Source of the DNA: an uncultured bacterium
GTDB lineage: Bacteria > Krumholzibacteriota > Krumholzibacteriia > Krumholzibacteriales > Krumholzibacteriaceae
Assembly: GCA_965371515.1 (NCBI GenBank)
Contig: CBDUYR010000006.1
Location: forward strand, 4,475 to 68,474
Reading direction: 5' to 3'
Length of the DNA stretch: 64,000 bases
A program made the translations under genes and the position numbers. The notes beneath the pieces are model-generated. The model searched no databases and was not told the origin of the DNA. It saw only the letters and a list, made by a program, of their open reading frames with translations. Positions 8,830-19,586 of this stretch are shown piece by piece. Numbering within the stretch: the first letter of the stretch is position 1; every line of letters begins with the position of its first letter.

Positions 8830-9786
8830 ATGATAGCCCTTCACTTCGAAAACGGACATCTCGTCGAGAAGGAAACGGACAAGCCTGAGGTCCGCCGGGG
8901 AGAGGCCCTCGTGAAGATCCGCTATGCAGGGATATGCTCGACCGACCTCGAGATCCTCAAGGGGTACATGGACTTCAGCGGTATCCCGGGCCACGAGTTC
9001 ATCGGGACTGTCGAGACACCCCGCAGCCTCACGGGCAGGAGGGTCACCGGCGAGATAAACGTCAGCTGCGGCAAATGCCCGATGTGCAGACGAGGACTTG
9101 GCAAGCACTGCAGGGAAAGGACCGTCCTCGGCATTGCGGGCCGGGACGGCGCCTTCGCCGAATACATCACCCTTCCCATGTCAAATCTCCATGTCGTTCC
9201 CGACAGCGTCAACGACGAGGAAGCAGCGTTTACCGAACTCCTCGCTGCAGCTTGCGAGATACCCGAACGGGTATATATCAGTCAGTCGTGCCGGGTAGCG
9301 ATCCTCGGAGACGGAAGGCTCGCCGCCATGGTCGCCCAGGTGTTGAGGCTGAAGACGAGGGGACTCATTGTCCTGGGTGTCGAACCGGAGAAGATGCGCG
9401 TGATCGCCGGCCTCGGAATCGACACGGCAAATGCGGCGACTATCCCCAAGATGAAGGGGACCTTCGACGTCGTCGTAGAGTGTACGGGAAGCAGGGTGGG
9501 ACTGCCCGACGCCGCCGACCTGGTCAGGCCGCACGGAACGATCGTCCTGAAATCGACCTTCCACGCTCCGCTTAAATGGAACCCGTCGAGGATCGCCGTC
9601 GACGAAATAACGGTCGTAGGCTCGAGATGCGGACCGTTCGAGACTGCACTCGGTCTGCTGGAGAAGAAGAAGGTCGTGACCGCGCCGTTCCTGACGGCGA
9701 TCTACCCATTCGAGAAATGGGAGACGGCATTCCGGCGCGCGAGACGGAAGGACAGCTTCAAGATCCTGCTCGATATGCAGGCCTGA
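8830..9786 (+). CDS. Zn-dependent medium-chain alcohol dehydrogenase
   Basis: GICSTD, GHEF, CGKCPMC..C, GDGRLA; start set at ATG 8830. Confidence 0.88.
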   Translation: MIALHFENGHLVEKETDKPEVRRGEALVKIRYAGICSTDLEILKGYMDFSGIPGHEFIGTVETPRSLTGRRVTGEINVSCGKCPMCRRGLGKHCRERTVLGIAGRDGAFAEYITLPMSNLHVVPDSVNDEEAAFTELLAAACEIPERVYISQSCRVAILGDGRLAAMVAQVLRLKTRGLIVLGVEPEKMRVIAGLGIDTANAATIPKMKGTFDVVVECTGSRVGLPDAADLVRPHGTIVLKSTFHAPLKWNPSRIAVDEITVVGSRCGPFETALGLLEKKKVVTAPFLTAIYPFEKWETAFRRARRKDSFKILLDMQA

Positions 9787-9834
9787 CAGAGAATTTCACT
9801 TTCCTCGGCGCTCTCCACGATATATAACTGGAAC

Positions 9835-10569
9835 ATGCTGTTCTTACCTCTGAAAGATATCAATCCCACGCGCAGGAGACCCGTCATCACGTGGACGCTG
9901 ATCGCGATGAACATCCTCGTCTTCTTTTATCAGTTGTGGCACGGCAACAGCGGCGCCAGTCTAGTCGCCTCTCTCGGCGCTACGCCTTTCGAGATAACGA
10001 GGATGACCGACCTCACAGGTCCGATAGCGGGTATCCTCCACGCACCGGGACCGAAGCCGATCTTCATGACCCTCTTCACCTCGATGTTCCTGCACGGCGG
10101 TTTCCTCCACATCGGCTCCAACATGCTCTACCTCTGGATCTTCGGCAACAACATAGAGGACGTCCTCGGTCCGATGAAGTTCATCGTATTCTACTTTGCC
10201 TCAGGGCTGATAGCCCACGCGATGCACATCGCCGCCGATTCCGGTTCGATTATCCCGACGATAGGGGCGAGCGGGGCTATATCGGGCGTCATGGGGGCCT
10301 ACCTGGTCCTCTATCCGCAGGCGAGGATCATGACCCTGCTGTGGATATTCATATTCATTCAGTTCCTCTACATCCCCGCCTTCGTGATAATCATCTACTG
10401 GTTCGTCATCCAGCTTGTAAGAGGATTCGTGTCCCTCGGCGGTCAGTTCGGCGGAGGAGTGGCCTGGTTCGCGCACATAGGCGGTTTTCTCGGAGGGGTG
10501 TTCCTCATATTCCTGATGGCCGGCGGCCGTATCTACTGGCTGCGCAGAGGTGGCAGCAACAGGTACTAG
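9835..10569 (+). CDS. Rhomboid intramembrane serine protease
   Basis: SMFLHGGFLHIGSNM, GASGAISG, AWFAHIGGF. Confidence 0.93.
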   Translation: MLFLPLKDINPTRRRPVITWTLIAMNILVFFYQLWHGNSGASLVASLGATPFEITRMTDLTGPIAGILHAPGPKPIFMTLFTSMFLHGGFLHIGSNMLYLWIFGNNIEDVLGPMKFIVFYFASGLIAHAMHIAADSGSIIPTIGASGAISGVMGAYLVLYPQARIMTLLWIFIFIQFLYIPAFVIIIYWFVIQLVRGFVSLGGQFGGGVAWFAHIGGFLGGVFLIFLMAGGRIYWLRRGGSNRY

Positions 10570-10579
10570 GCAGACTGAA

Positions 10580-11602
10580 ATGATCCCCGTGTTTACAAGA
10601 CTCATCATAGACAAGCGGGCTCTCGACGATCCCCTGACATGCAGGATCAGGAGCGTCCTCGGCGACATAGAGGAGATCGTGACCGGCGATACAGGCGATC
10701 ATCCCGGCGCGGGGTCTCTCGTCCTGAAATTCCACGAGGGCCGCTTCGTCAAGGACTTCCCCGTCACGCCCGGCGCTCCCCCGTGCGGAGAGAAGTATAT
10801 AGCCGCTCTGCAGGGATGCCTCTACGACTGCTCGTACTGCTATCTCAGGTCGTACCTCTCCCACAGCACCATCACCCTGCTGGTAAACAGCGGGAAGATG
10901 GAGAGCGATATCAGGGAAGCTCTGGATGCGGGAACGGTCCGTCTGACGACCGGCGAGCTGAGCGACAGCCTCGCGCTCGACCACATCACCGGGCTGACCT
11001 CCTCGATCCTCCCGCTGCTCGAGGGAACATCGGCTGTGATCGAAGCGAGGACAAAGAGCGCCAACGTCGATCACCTCCCCGGATTGAATGGAAGCGATGC
11101 AGAGCTTGCCCGGAAGCATCTGCTCGTCACGTGGACGATCTCTCCTATGGAAGCGATGAAGTCCGAGGAGCCTGGAGCCGCCACGCTCGACGAACGTCTC
11201 GGGGCGATTTCGAAGGTAACGTCGGCAGGCATCGGGTTCGCCCTGCGGCTCGACCCGATAATCCCGTTCTACTGGGATGCAGGTTCGTATCGTGAGCTGC
11301 TGCAGCGGGTGAAGGATGAAGCGGGAGATGCGCCGCGAAGAATAGAGATGGGCCTGCTCCGCTTCCCTCCCGGCTTGATCGAGAGCGTCAGGAAGGTCTT
11401 GCCGTACAGTCCGATCCTCCAGGGGGAGTACGTTCGCGATCGCGAGGGAAAGATGAGACTCTACCGTCCGATGAGGGTGGGAATATACCGCGAGGCGGCC
11501 GGCATGATCGGGGAGTTATTCCCCGATACGGAGATCGAGCTGAGCCAGGAGGACCGGACCGTGTGGGAGGACGCAGACCTCGAACCGCCCGTCGTATGCT
11601 GA
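10580..11602 (+). CDS. Spore photoproduct lyase-like radical SAM protein
   Basis: GCLYDCSYCYL, TGELSDSLA, EARTKSANV, LRLDPII; start set at ATG 10580. Confidence 0.8.
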   Translation: MIPVFTRLIIDKRALDDPLTCRIRSVLGDIEEIVTGDTGDHPGAGSLVLKFHEGRFVKDFPVTPGAPPCGEKYIAALQGCLYDCSYCYLRSYLSHSTITLLVNSGKMESDIREALDAGTVRLTTGELSDSLALDHITGLTSSILPLLEGTSAVIEARTKSANVDHLPGLNGSDAELARKHLLVTWTISPMEAMKSEEPGAATLDERLGAISKVTSAGIGFALRLDPIIPFYWDAGSYRELLQRVKDEAGDAPRRIEMGLLRFPPGLIESVRKVLPYSPILQGEYVRDREGKMRLYRPMRVGIYREAAGMIGELFPDTEIELSQEDRTVWEDADLEPPVVC

Positions 11603-11609
11603 CCGCTGG

Positions 11610-12266
11610 TCACTTCTCTACAGGAGACGGCATCCCGTCTAATCCCAGCGTCTTCCCGTCGAGATGGGAGACGTCCCCGAGCAATCTCAGGCGCGGCCTG
11701 AAATCTATCATCACCGTTGTCAGAGAGGTGTTCGGCAGGGAGAACGACCAGATGTCGTCGGGGGACATGCCGAGGATATGCGTCAGCCAGGCGCATATGA
11801 TCCCGCCGTGCGAGACGATGAGTATGTCGCCCTTGGAAGAGTCGATGATCCCGTCTACCGTACGGCTGGCCCTCTCGTGGAATTCCATGAAAGGTTCGGC
11901 GCCCTCGATGGCGACCTTGGACGGGCCGCTGAACCACAGCTCGAGCTCCCCTGGGTATCTCTCCTTGACCTCGCTGACCAACAGCCCCTCCCACTCACCA
12001 AACGAGATCTCCCGCAGTTCGTCCATGAACTCTATCGAGCGATCGTCGCCGAGGGCGATTCGAGCCGTCTCGACGGCGCGCTCCGCGCTGCTGCAGTATA
12101 TCCGCGAGAATTCCATCGAGCGCAGCCGTTCACCAAGCAGCCCTGCCTGGGCTCTTCCCAGCTCGCTCAGGTGGACATCTCCGTGGTTTCCCTGTACCCT
12201 GCGAACGCTGTTCCAGGTCGATTCGCCGTGCCTTACGAGGTCAATTCTCCTGATACTGTCGCTCAT
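11610..12266 (-). CDS. Histidine phosphatase family protein
   Basis: RHGESTWN, LREISFGEWEG, IVSHGG. Confidence 0.9.
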   Translation of the reverse strand: MSDSIRRIDLVRHGESTWNSVRRVQGNHGDVHLSELGRAQAGLLGERLRSMEFSRIYCSSAERAVETARIALGDDRSIEFMDELREISFGEWEGLLVSEVKERYPGELELWFSGPSKVAIEGAEPFMEFHERASRTVDGIIDSSKGDILIVSHGGIICAWLTHILGMSPDDIWSFSLPNTSLTTVMIDFRPRLRLLGDVSHLDGKTLGLDGMPSPVEK

Positions 12267-12390
12267 GCTCCTCCTCTTTGTGAGAGACTGAATCTACCAG
12301 ACGGAGCGATTTATCTCAAGATGCCTTGCGGTAACCGGAACTTTTTCTTACTCTTTACCTACCTGATATATACCGTTTCATGACAGGATC

Positions 12391-14247
12391 ATGCGGATGC
12401 TAAGGATCATGCTGAGAAGCCTGTTTATAATTCTAGTTCTGGCGGCCACTGCGACGTCATGCACCTCGGCGCCCGAGTTCAAGCTCCTCTCGAGAGACTT
12501 GTTCGAGAACCCCGCACGGGACGCGGCCTTCTTCGACGGGGGAACGATCCTTGCGGCCGGCGGAGCGACCGTGGTGATCCCCGACGGGACCCGGCCTGAA
12601 GAGGGAATCCTGGTACTCCTCGACGGTGAGCCGATGGACATCGTAACCACGGGATCGACCGCATGGATCGCGGTGAAAGACCTGGGCCTCGTGGCGATCG
12701 ACCTCTCCGATCCCGCCCGTCCGGTGGAACGGACAATCTACGTGATAGAGGATGCCAATTCCTGCGCGGCGAATGGGCGGTTCCTGATGGTAGGTGGAAC
12801 CCGGTCGGGCCTCTATCTCTTCGACATATCCGATCCGGACACGCCGTCATTCGTCTCCTCTCTCGAGAAAACGGCGCCGGGAGCCGCGCTGGCGGCATCT
12901 GACAAACTCTTCGCTGCAGCTTACGATCACACTGTGATCCTGATGGCTGTCGGTGATAGCGGCATAAAAGAGATCTCACGACTGGAGGCGCCGTCAAGGA
13001 TCGCCCGGGCCGAGCTGGCCGGAACGATCCTCCATCTACTCTCATCCGATGGAAATGTATACAGATATAACGTGAGCAAGCCTCGCCTGCCCGAACCACA
13101 CTCTTCCCTTCCAGAAAATAATATCAGCGATTTATGCACGGGGGCAAACAGCGGACTCGCTCTACTGAAGACAGGTCTCATCGTTCCGTTCCCGATCCCC
13201 GGGACGAATGATACATCGAGCGAGCCTCGCTTTCCCGATCCGCGTTACTCCCTGATACACGGTGAGGGGATGACGAAGTCCCCGAGCTTCCCCGGCACAT
13301 CGATCAGGTGTTCCGGAGACAGGCTGATCATCTTCGGGCCGGTGACGGGATTTCATTTCTACAGGCTCGGCACGGAATACACGAGGGCTGAGGGCGAGGT
13401 TACCACCAGGGGGTTCGCGCTAGACCTCGTCGTCATTGGAGAATATATTTATCTGGCAAACGGCAGGGACGGACTGAGGATCGGCCGCGTGGCCGGCAAC
13501 GGATCGGTCGAGTGGACAGGACACGTCCCAACTACAGAAGCCAGGGACATCGCGATAGAGGGCGACATACTAGTGATGGCCAACGGCATGGACGGCGTGA
13601 AGTTCTTTCGTAATACTGTCCCCGACTCCCCGGTCCTCCTCTCGACCTACAAGTCTCCGTCATACCTCTCAGCCGTCAGGGTGCAGGCGGGCAGGGCGTA
13701 CCTCGCCGGCGGGTTCCGCGGCATTGAAGTCGTCGATTTCACCGATCCGGCCAGCCCTGTACTCGTATGGAGAGAGGACCTCTCCGAGGTCAGGGGGGTC
13801 GACGTGGACGACGGATATCTATACGTCGCCGACGGGTTCAACGGATTCAGGATCTATTCCCTCGCTGGAGACCTTCCGGAGTTGATATCGACCATGGACA
13901 CTCCGGGCTGGGCCAGCGACCTGTTCATCTCCGGCGACATCCTCCACATCGCGGACGGCCAGAGAGGCTTCATGACGATCGATGTCAGCGACCACTCTGC
14001 TCCAAAGAAGCTCGGCCGCATCGAGACAGGGGCGCTCGCCAGGACGATCCACGCTCGAGGCGACATCGTATTCATCGCCACGCAGATACTCGGTATCACC
14101 GCCATCGATATCTCGAATCCAGGGAAACCGACGATCGCGGCGAGGTACAAGACAGTAAATGACGCCAGAGGAATCTTCGCCGACGACAGGTTCGTTTATC
14201 TGGCGAGCGGCTCGGGCGGACTGTATATTTTCAGGTACGAAAAATAA
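12391..14247 (+). CDS. LVIVD-repeat beta-propeller lipoprotein
   Basis: Signal peptide ending TSC; repeated GL.I.D.SDP..P / YLYVADG..G units. Confidence 0.75.
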   Translation: MRMLRIMLRSLFIILVLAATATSCTSAPEFKLLSRDLFENPARDAAFFDGGTILAAGGATVVIPDGTRPEEGILVLLDGEPMDIVTTGSTAWIAVKDLGLVAIDLSDPARPVERTIYVIEDANSCAANGRFLMVGGTRSGLYLFDISDPDTPSFVSSLEKTAPGAALAASDKLFAAAYDHTVILMAVGDSGIKEISRLEAPSRIARAELAGTILHLLSSDGNVYRYNVSKPRLPEPHSSLPENNISDLCTGANSGLALLKTGLIVPFPIPGTNDTSSEPRFPDPRYSLIHGEGMTKSPSFPGTSIRCSGDRLIIFGPVTGFHFYRLGTEYTRAEGEVTTRGFALDLVVIGEYIYLANGRDGLRIGRVAGNGSVEWTGHVPTTEARDIAIEGDILVMANGMDGVKFFRNTVPDSPVLLSTYKSPSYLSAVRVQAGRAYLAGGFRGIEVVDFTDPASPVLVWREDLSEVRGVDVDDGYLYVADGFNGFRIYSLAGDLPELISTMDTPGWASDLFISGDILHIADGQRGFMTIDVSDHSAPKKLGRIETGALARTIHARGDIVFIATQILGITAIDISNPGKPTIAARYKTVNDARGIFADDRFVYLASGSGGLYIFRYEK

Positions 14248-14274
14248 ATGGTTCCAGGGAAGGATAGATAACGT

Positions 14275-16113
14275 ATGAGAACCCCACCGATCTTAAGGAC
14301 AGCTGCCCTTATAATGCTCCTCGTTGCGGCCGCCGCTGCGCCATCTCTGGCCCAGCTCTTCTCGCAGTCCGGCAACCTCGTCGACACGGACGGATACGCG
14401 TCGCTGACCGTCTTCCATCCCGGCTCGACCGGATTTATAGCGGTCAAGGCCGTGATCAAGGACGAGTGGCACATAAACTCCGACTCCCCCCTCGACAAGT
14501 ACCTCATCCCGACCACGCTGTCCGTCTCCGCTCCGGAGGGCATCGTCGTAAGGAGCATTCTCTACCCCGTGCCGGAGATGCTCAAGCTCGAGATCAGCGA
14601 CAGGAAGATGCCTCTCTATCACGGGACGGTCAACTTCGGTGCGATCATCGAATGCTCCGAAGAGATCGAACCGGGCGAATACACGATCCGGGCGGCGCTC
14701 AAATACCAGGGATGCAACAACATGACCTGCCTCGAGCCGGCCACCGCCATCGAAGAGATCACGATAAGAGTCGGTACGATGGAGGAGCTCGGAGAGATAG
14801 CGCATGAGAATATCTTCCTCGCTCCGCCCTTCATCGACGGCAGGGGCACACCGGTCACCGCCGGAACTGAAGAGGGCGACAACAGCTTCGGTGACCTGCT
14901 CGAGGAACACGGATTGATCCTTGCGTTCATATTCATCTATCTCGGGGGTCTGGCGCTGAACCTCACTCCATGCGTCTATCCCCTCATACCGATCACGGTG
15001 AGCTACTTCGGAGGCCAGGCGGGCGGAAAGACATCGCGCACCTTCGTACTCACCCTCTTCTATGTCCTCGGGATGTCGATCACCTACAGCATCCTCGGGA
15101 CAATCGCCGCCACGACGGGCGGCCTGTTCGGTTCGGCTCTGCAGAACCCGTGGTTCATCCTGTTCATCGCCGCCGTCCTCGTGGGGCTGGCCGCATCGAT
15201 GTTCGGCCTCTGGGAGTTTCGGATGCCGACCTTCCTCTCCCGCAGGACCGGACAGGCGAAGCAGGGGCGCTGGGGCGCCATGATGATGGGACTCACGGTG
15301 GGCATCGTCGCCGCACCCTGTATCGGCCCATTCGTCCTCGGGTTGCTCACGTACGTCGGAGAGACGGGCAAGCCGGCGCTCGGCTTCCTCATGTTCTTCA
15401 CCCTCGCCTGGGGCATGGGCACACCGTTCATCGTACTCGGTACGATCTCGGGAAGCATATCTAAACTCCCTCAGTCGGGGCACTGGATGGTCTGGGTAAA
15501 GAAAATATTCGGGTTCATCCTCCTTATGATGGCCCTCTACTTCGCCAGGCACATCCTCGGATCGACAGTAACGAATATCGGCTACGTGATCCTCGCCCTC
15601 ATCGCGGGACTCGTGCTGTGGCCGTTCGACCGCACCCCCCAGAGGGGCAGGGGTTTCATTATCCTCAAGACGGTCGTCGGTGCGGCCTGGCTGATAGCCG
15701 CGGTCGCCATACTCGCAATGCCGGGCGGTCCGTTCAGGGCAGCCCTCGAGCATGAAGGCATCGAGTGGGAACCGTTCACCGAGGAACGTATCGCCGGGGC
15801 TAAGGCCGAAGGCAGGCCGGTAATGATCGACTTCTCCGCCGACTGGTGCATCCCGTGCCGCGAGCTCGACCACAAGACCTTTACCGATGATGCCGTGATC
15901 GAATATGCAGAGAATTTCGTCAGGCTGAAGATGGACCTGACCACGATAGACGGCGACAAGAAACGTATAAAAAAGGTCTTCGGCATCAGGGGAGTGCCCA
16001 CAATAATATTCCTCGACACATCGGGAGAGGAGAAGTCCGGAGCAAGAGTCACTGGATTCGTCGGACCCGACCGTTTCCTCGAGCGGATGAAGGGCGCCTA
16101 CAAGAAAGAATAG
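14275..16113 (+). CDS. dsbD: Thiol:disulfide interchange protein DsbD
   Basis: N-domain YQGC...C, membrane LTPCVYP and AAPCIGP, C-terminal thioredoxin WCIPC. Confidence 0.88.
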   Translation: MRTPPILRTAALIMLLVAAAAAPSLAQLFSQSGNLVDTDGYASLTVFHPGSTGFIAVKAVIKDEWHINSDSPLDKYLIPTTLSVSAPEGIVVRSILYPVPEMLKLEISDRKMPLYHGTVNFGAIIECSEEIEPGEYTIRAALKYQGCNNMTCLEPATAIEEITIRVGTMEELGEIAHENIFLAPPFIDGRGTPVTAGTEEGDNSFGDLLEEHGLILAFIFIYLGGLALNLTPCVYPLIPITVSYFGGQAGGKTSRTFVLTLFYVLGMSITYSILGTIAATTGGLFGSALQNPWFILFIAAVLVGLAASMFGLWEFRMPTFLSRRTGQAKQGRWGAMMMGLTVGIVAAPCIGPFVLGLLTYVGETGKPALGFLMFFTLAWGMGTPFIVLGTISGSISKLPQSGHWMVWVKKIFGFILLMMALYFARHILGSTVTNIGYVILALIAGLVLWPFDRTPQRGRGFIILKTVVGAAWLIAAVAILAMPGGPFRAALEHEGIEWEPFTEERIAGAKAEGRPVMIDFSADWCIPCRELDHKTFTDDAVIEYAENFVRLKMDLTTIDGDKKRIKKVFGIRGVPTIIFLDTSGEEKSGARVTGFVGPDRFLERMKGAYKKE

Positions 16114-16144
16114 TTGAATGTCAGGATAATGGAGGGATAGAAAC

Positions 16145-17374
16145 TTGGGCAGCCTTAAGAAACTCCTGGTACTCTCCATCTGGAACGATCCATGGTCGCT
16201 CGGCGAAGGAAGCGGGGTCCCCGACGAGATACATTTCATACACAGGCTCAGGGACGCCGGCGTCGAACTTCACTTTCTTATCCCCGAATCGGCAGACGGA
16301 AAGACACGGCGGGGTGAGAACGGCGTTCACTTCCATACATACAACAACATCTTCCACAAGTCGCGCATTCTCCCCTCTCCACTGAGAAGGCTTACGATCC
16401 CATATATATATACCTGCTCAGTCTACAGAGAGGTCCGCCGCGTAGTCGAGCAGGTCGAACCGGACGTCATTCTTGGCTTTTCCCATTTTGCTATCGAACC
16501 ACTCAGCAGGATCGGCAGGCAGAAGGGAATTCCCACGGCGGTCAAGCTGTTCGGCGTGATGTACCTTGCGTGGAAGGACCTTCCGCGGCTGAAGCGCTGG
16601 TGGCTCAACTTCGATCAGGAAAGGGCGCTGAAGTACCCCCTCGATAAATATATGGTGCTCAACGACGGCACGATGGGCGACCGGGCACTTGCGGCTAACG
16701 GCATACCAGGAGATAAGATCGAGTTCCTTCCTAACGGCATGAACATGGAATGGGCAGGGATAGAGATCGATGTCGCCGCTGAGCGCAGAGGGTTCGGCCT
16801 CCCTGTCGACAAGATCCTCATCGTCACCATGTCGCGACTCATCAAGCTCAAGCGGGTCGACCTGCTGATAGAGGCCGTCTCGAAGATGAGCGACGAGGCA
16901 AGAGACAGAGCATCCCTCGTCATCACGGGAGACGGAGCAGACAAACCGGCGCTCGAAGAGATGTCCCGTACCCTCGGACTTGCCGGCATGACTCATTTCA
17001 CTGGTGCGATACCGTACGATGAAATGCCGCGGCTGTTGAAATCGTGCGATATCTTCGCCGCGACGAGCGAACTGACCAACATGTCGATGCCACCGTGCGA
17101 AGCGATGCTCTGCGGGCTCCCCGTAGCGGCCTTCGACGTGGCCGGAACGTCAGAAGCGATCCGCGACGGTGAAACCGGGCTGCTCGTGGAAAACGGCGAC
17201 ACCTGCGCAATGGCCTCGACTCTAGACAGGCTCGTTCTCGACTCAGGGATAAGAGAGAATCTCGGAAGGGGGGCCGCCGCGTACGCAGCGGAGAATTTTA
17301 TGTCGTGGGACCGGCGGACGGCCAGGGAGCTCAAGGTCCTCGAAGAACTCGCCTCAAGAAACAACCCCGGATAA
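16145..17374 (+). CDS. GT4 glycosyltransferase
   Basis: LPNG, SRLIKLKRVD, EAMLCGLPVAAFDVAG..E..RDGETGLLV. Confidence 0.88.
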   Translation: MGSLKKLLVLSIWNDPWSLGEGSGVPDEIHFIHRLRDAGVELHFLIPESADGKTRRGENGVHFHTYNNIFHKSRILPSPLRRLTIPYIYTCSVYREVRRVVEQVEPDVILGFSHFAIEPLSRIGRQKGIPTAVKLFGVMYLAWKDLPRLKRWWLNFDQERALKYPLDKYMVLNDGTMGDRALAANGIPGDKIEFLPNGMNMEWAGIEIDVAAERRGFGLPVDKILIVTMSRLIKLKRVDLLIEAVSKMSDEARDRASLVITGDGADKPALEEMSRTLGLAGMTHFTGAIPYDEMPRLLKSCDIFAATSELTNMSMPPCEAMLCGLPVAAFDVAGTSEAIRDGETGLLVENGDTCAMASTLDRLVLDSGIRENLGRGAAAYAAENFMSWDRRTARELKVLEELASRNNPG

Positions 17375-17380
17375 CAAAGC

Positions 17381-17419
17381 GCGCCACGGGTTCACAAGCG
17401 ATTTGCAAATCCGTGGCGC
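17381..17419. terminator. Inverted repeat between convergent genes
   Basis: GCGCCACGGGTT ... AATCCGTGGCGC 12-bp stem with one G-T pair; no clear T tract. Confidence 0.4.
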
Positions 17420-17562
17420 CTCAGAAATATGAGTATTACTGGAGCGAGATACCCCGGGAACCCGGACTCGATACCGCCTCACCTACGGGACGGCACCATA
17501 ACATTTAATCCCCCGGGACTTTTCCTCGACCCGTTACAATTCTATCCCGCTTTTCGCGTCTG

Positions 17563-18654
17563 TCAAGCCCTGCTGGAAGATATTATCGAAGTCAATGCAG
17601 AGATAAATGATCCGGTCTCGTACGTCCCCTTGAACATCTGATCCTTTACGTCGATCCTGCCGCCGATCGTCATCATTCTCATCGGAACACCGATGCCGCT
17701 CATCTCGACAAGATCCCGGCCGAGAGTATTGCCGCCGAAGATCCATTCGATCGCTCGCTCCACCTCGGAATCATACGTGCGCTCGCCACCGGCTTCGTAG
17801 TAATGGTAAACGGCGTTGACGAAAAAGGCCTGGTGACATGTATAGAGGTATTCCCAGTAGTCGGGCGACTTGCTGATAATCTTTTTCTTCAGCTTACTCA
17901 CCGCTGAGAGATCCTCCCAGATGAATGCCCCGTTATCAAGCATACGAACGCCGATCGTGTAATCGAGCGTTCTCTCGATGTTCAGGAGATATTCTGTCCG
18001 CCCGGTGACACCGATCGCCTGCCCGATCCCCCAGAGGATGTACATCTGGTTCTGGTGACGTCTCGTCGTCGAATTTGAGAATTCAAATATACCGTCATGG
18101 TCCTGTTTCCCGATGAACGTGTCGAAAGCGGCTGTGATATCATCCAACAGCCCCCGGTCCTCATCCACACTATAGAGGCAACACCAGCCACTGAGTACGT
18201 GGCTGTCCTCACTGCCGTCGAACCTGAACCTCTCCTTCGAAACGGAATGCAGCATCTTCGCGGTATCGAGGTACGCGGTATCGCCGAAGACCTGGAAGGC
18301 CATGCTGAACACCGAGATTAACGGACCCATGCCGATGCCCGGCATCGACCGCAGGATTTTTTCCTTCTCCAGGTTGCGCGTTTGAAAGGCGAGTTCGGAC
18401 CTTATCCTTCCGTCGTACGAATCGTCCCCAAGCCCGGAGCTCCTCCAGTTCATCACACCCGTCATCGCAAGGGGGACATACCTGTAGATATAGGTATCGT
18501 CCAGCGACCAGACCGGCCTGCCATCGCAGGAGAGCCTGAAGTCCAGACCCCTTACGACCTTTCCATCTTTCTCATCCCAGAAGCCGTTCTTCCCGACGGG
18601 GCGGAAGATCGCGTCCAGGGCTGACCTTAGATATGTATGTCTTTCTTCGCTCAC
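17563..18654 (-). CDS. Hypothetical protein, possibly alpha/alpha-toroid glycan-modifying enzyme
   Basis: Repeated helical GDTAYLDTA / GRTEYL units; overlaps the stop of the AAC(3)-fold gene. Confidence 0.55.
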   Translation of the reverse strand: MSEERHTYLRSALDAIFRPVGKNGFWDEKDGKVVRGLDFRLSCDGRPVWSLDDTYIYRYVPLAMTGVMNWRSSGLGDDSYDGRIRSELAFQTRNLEKEKILRSMPGIGMGPLISVFSMAFQVFGDTAYLDTAKMLHSVSKERFRFDGSEDSHVLSGWCCLYSVDEDRGLLDDITAAFDTFIGKQDHDGIFEFSNSTTRRHQNQMYILWGIGQAIGVTGRTEYLLNIERTLDYTIGVRMLDNGAFIWEDLSAVSKLKKKIISKSPDYWEYLYTCHQAFFVNAVYHYYEAGGERTYDSEVERAIEWIFGGNTLGRDLVEMSGIGVPMRMMTIGGRIDVKDQMFKGTYETGSFISALTSIISSSRA

Positions 18655-19586
18655 GAATCGTCACCTGCAACATGTGTTCGTTTGTACTCTTCCTCTGTCG
18701 TATATATCGTCACTGCATCCCTGATCAGCTCTCCCTGCACCTGGTAGAGGTCCTCCGCCTTTACCGTCCAGGCCGTCGTGTCGCCGAATTTTCCGTACCT
18801 GATCATTTCTCGTCCGGCGAGAATATCGGTAAAGAATCCCCTTATCCAGTCACCTTCAGGCCTGTGGTCAATCCGGGTCCTCGCCACCTCGGGGTCCTGC
18901 GGACTTACCTTCATCGTGCTGGTCCTGCCGCTCCAGTCCTTCACCTCTACTTCGTATTCCTTGTGGTAATAGACATCGACGGGGAAATCATCCACAACAT
19001 CCTCGATGATGTGATAGAAGGTCACAGGACCGATATCTATCCCTATCCCCACAAGCTTGCCACCAGCCTTCAGGAAGTTGTGAAAAGGAGTGCCCTCGCC
19101 GAATGTAGTCGGGCTGAGATGATGGCTGCCCGTGACTTCCGTTGCCATCTTCCCCATTGCACTGACCGAGCTCGTGGGATGTATGCTCCTGACCGCACCT
19201 TCTCTCTTTCTGAATGTGTCGGGAAGGAACCCGACGGTGGCCGGGGTCGTCAGAGGATCGAAAGTACTGTAATTCTCGAGGGTGGCGACCTGGCTGCGAA
19301 GCGGCATCGAGTAGGCGGGCATCATAACAGTCCCTTCCGGCCCGACTGCTTTAAGAAGAGCGTCGATCACGGTATGAGCGCTGTTCTTCACATTTCCGAT
19401 CTGCTTCATCGAGCTGTGGACAAAGATGACGTCACCCTGCTCGATCCCGAGATCCGCGAGGTTACGGTAGAGCTCATCTTCGCCTATCTTCCTCTTGAAC
19501 AGCCTGAGGAAGCTGTTTTTCCTCTTCTTGACGACTTTCTTGAAACCGGGAGGTGCATTATTCTCGTAGAAATTCTTAAGGCTCAT
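18651..19586 (-). CDS. AAC(3)-family N-acyltransferase
   Basis: GDVIFVHSSM, VGPEGTVMMP, RSIHPTSSVSA.G, TFYHIIE. Confidence 0.85.
   Translation of the reverse strand: MSLKNFYENNAPPGFKKVVKKRKNSFLRLFKRKIGEDELYRNLADLGIEQGDVIFVHSSMKQIGNVKNSAHTVIDALLKAVGPEGTVMMPAYSMPLRSQVATLENYSTFDPLTTPATVGFLPDTFRKREGAVRSIHPTSSVSAMGKMATEVTGSHHLSPTTFGEGTPFHNFLKAGGKLVGIGIDIGPVTFYHIIEDVVDDFPVDVYYHKEYEVEVKDWSGRTSTMKVSPQDPEVARTRIDHRPEGDWIRGFFTDILAGREMIRYGKFGDTTAWTVKAEDLYQVQGELIRDAVTIYTTEEEYKRTHVAGDDS

Noticed and set aside
18651-19586. Aminoglycoside resistance gene
   Set aside because: AAC(3) fold is widespread; context is biosynthetic with no mobile element
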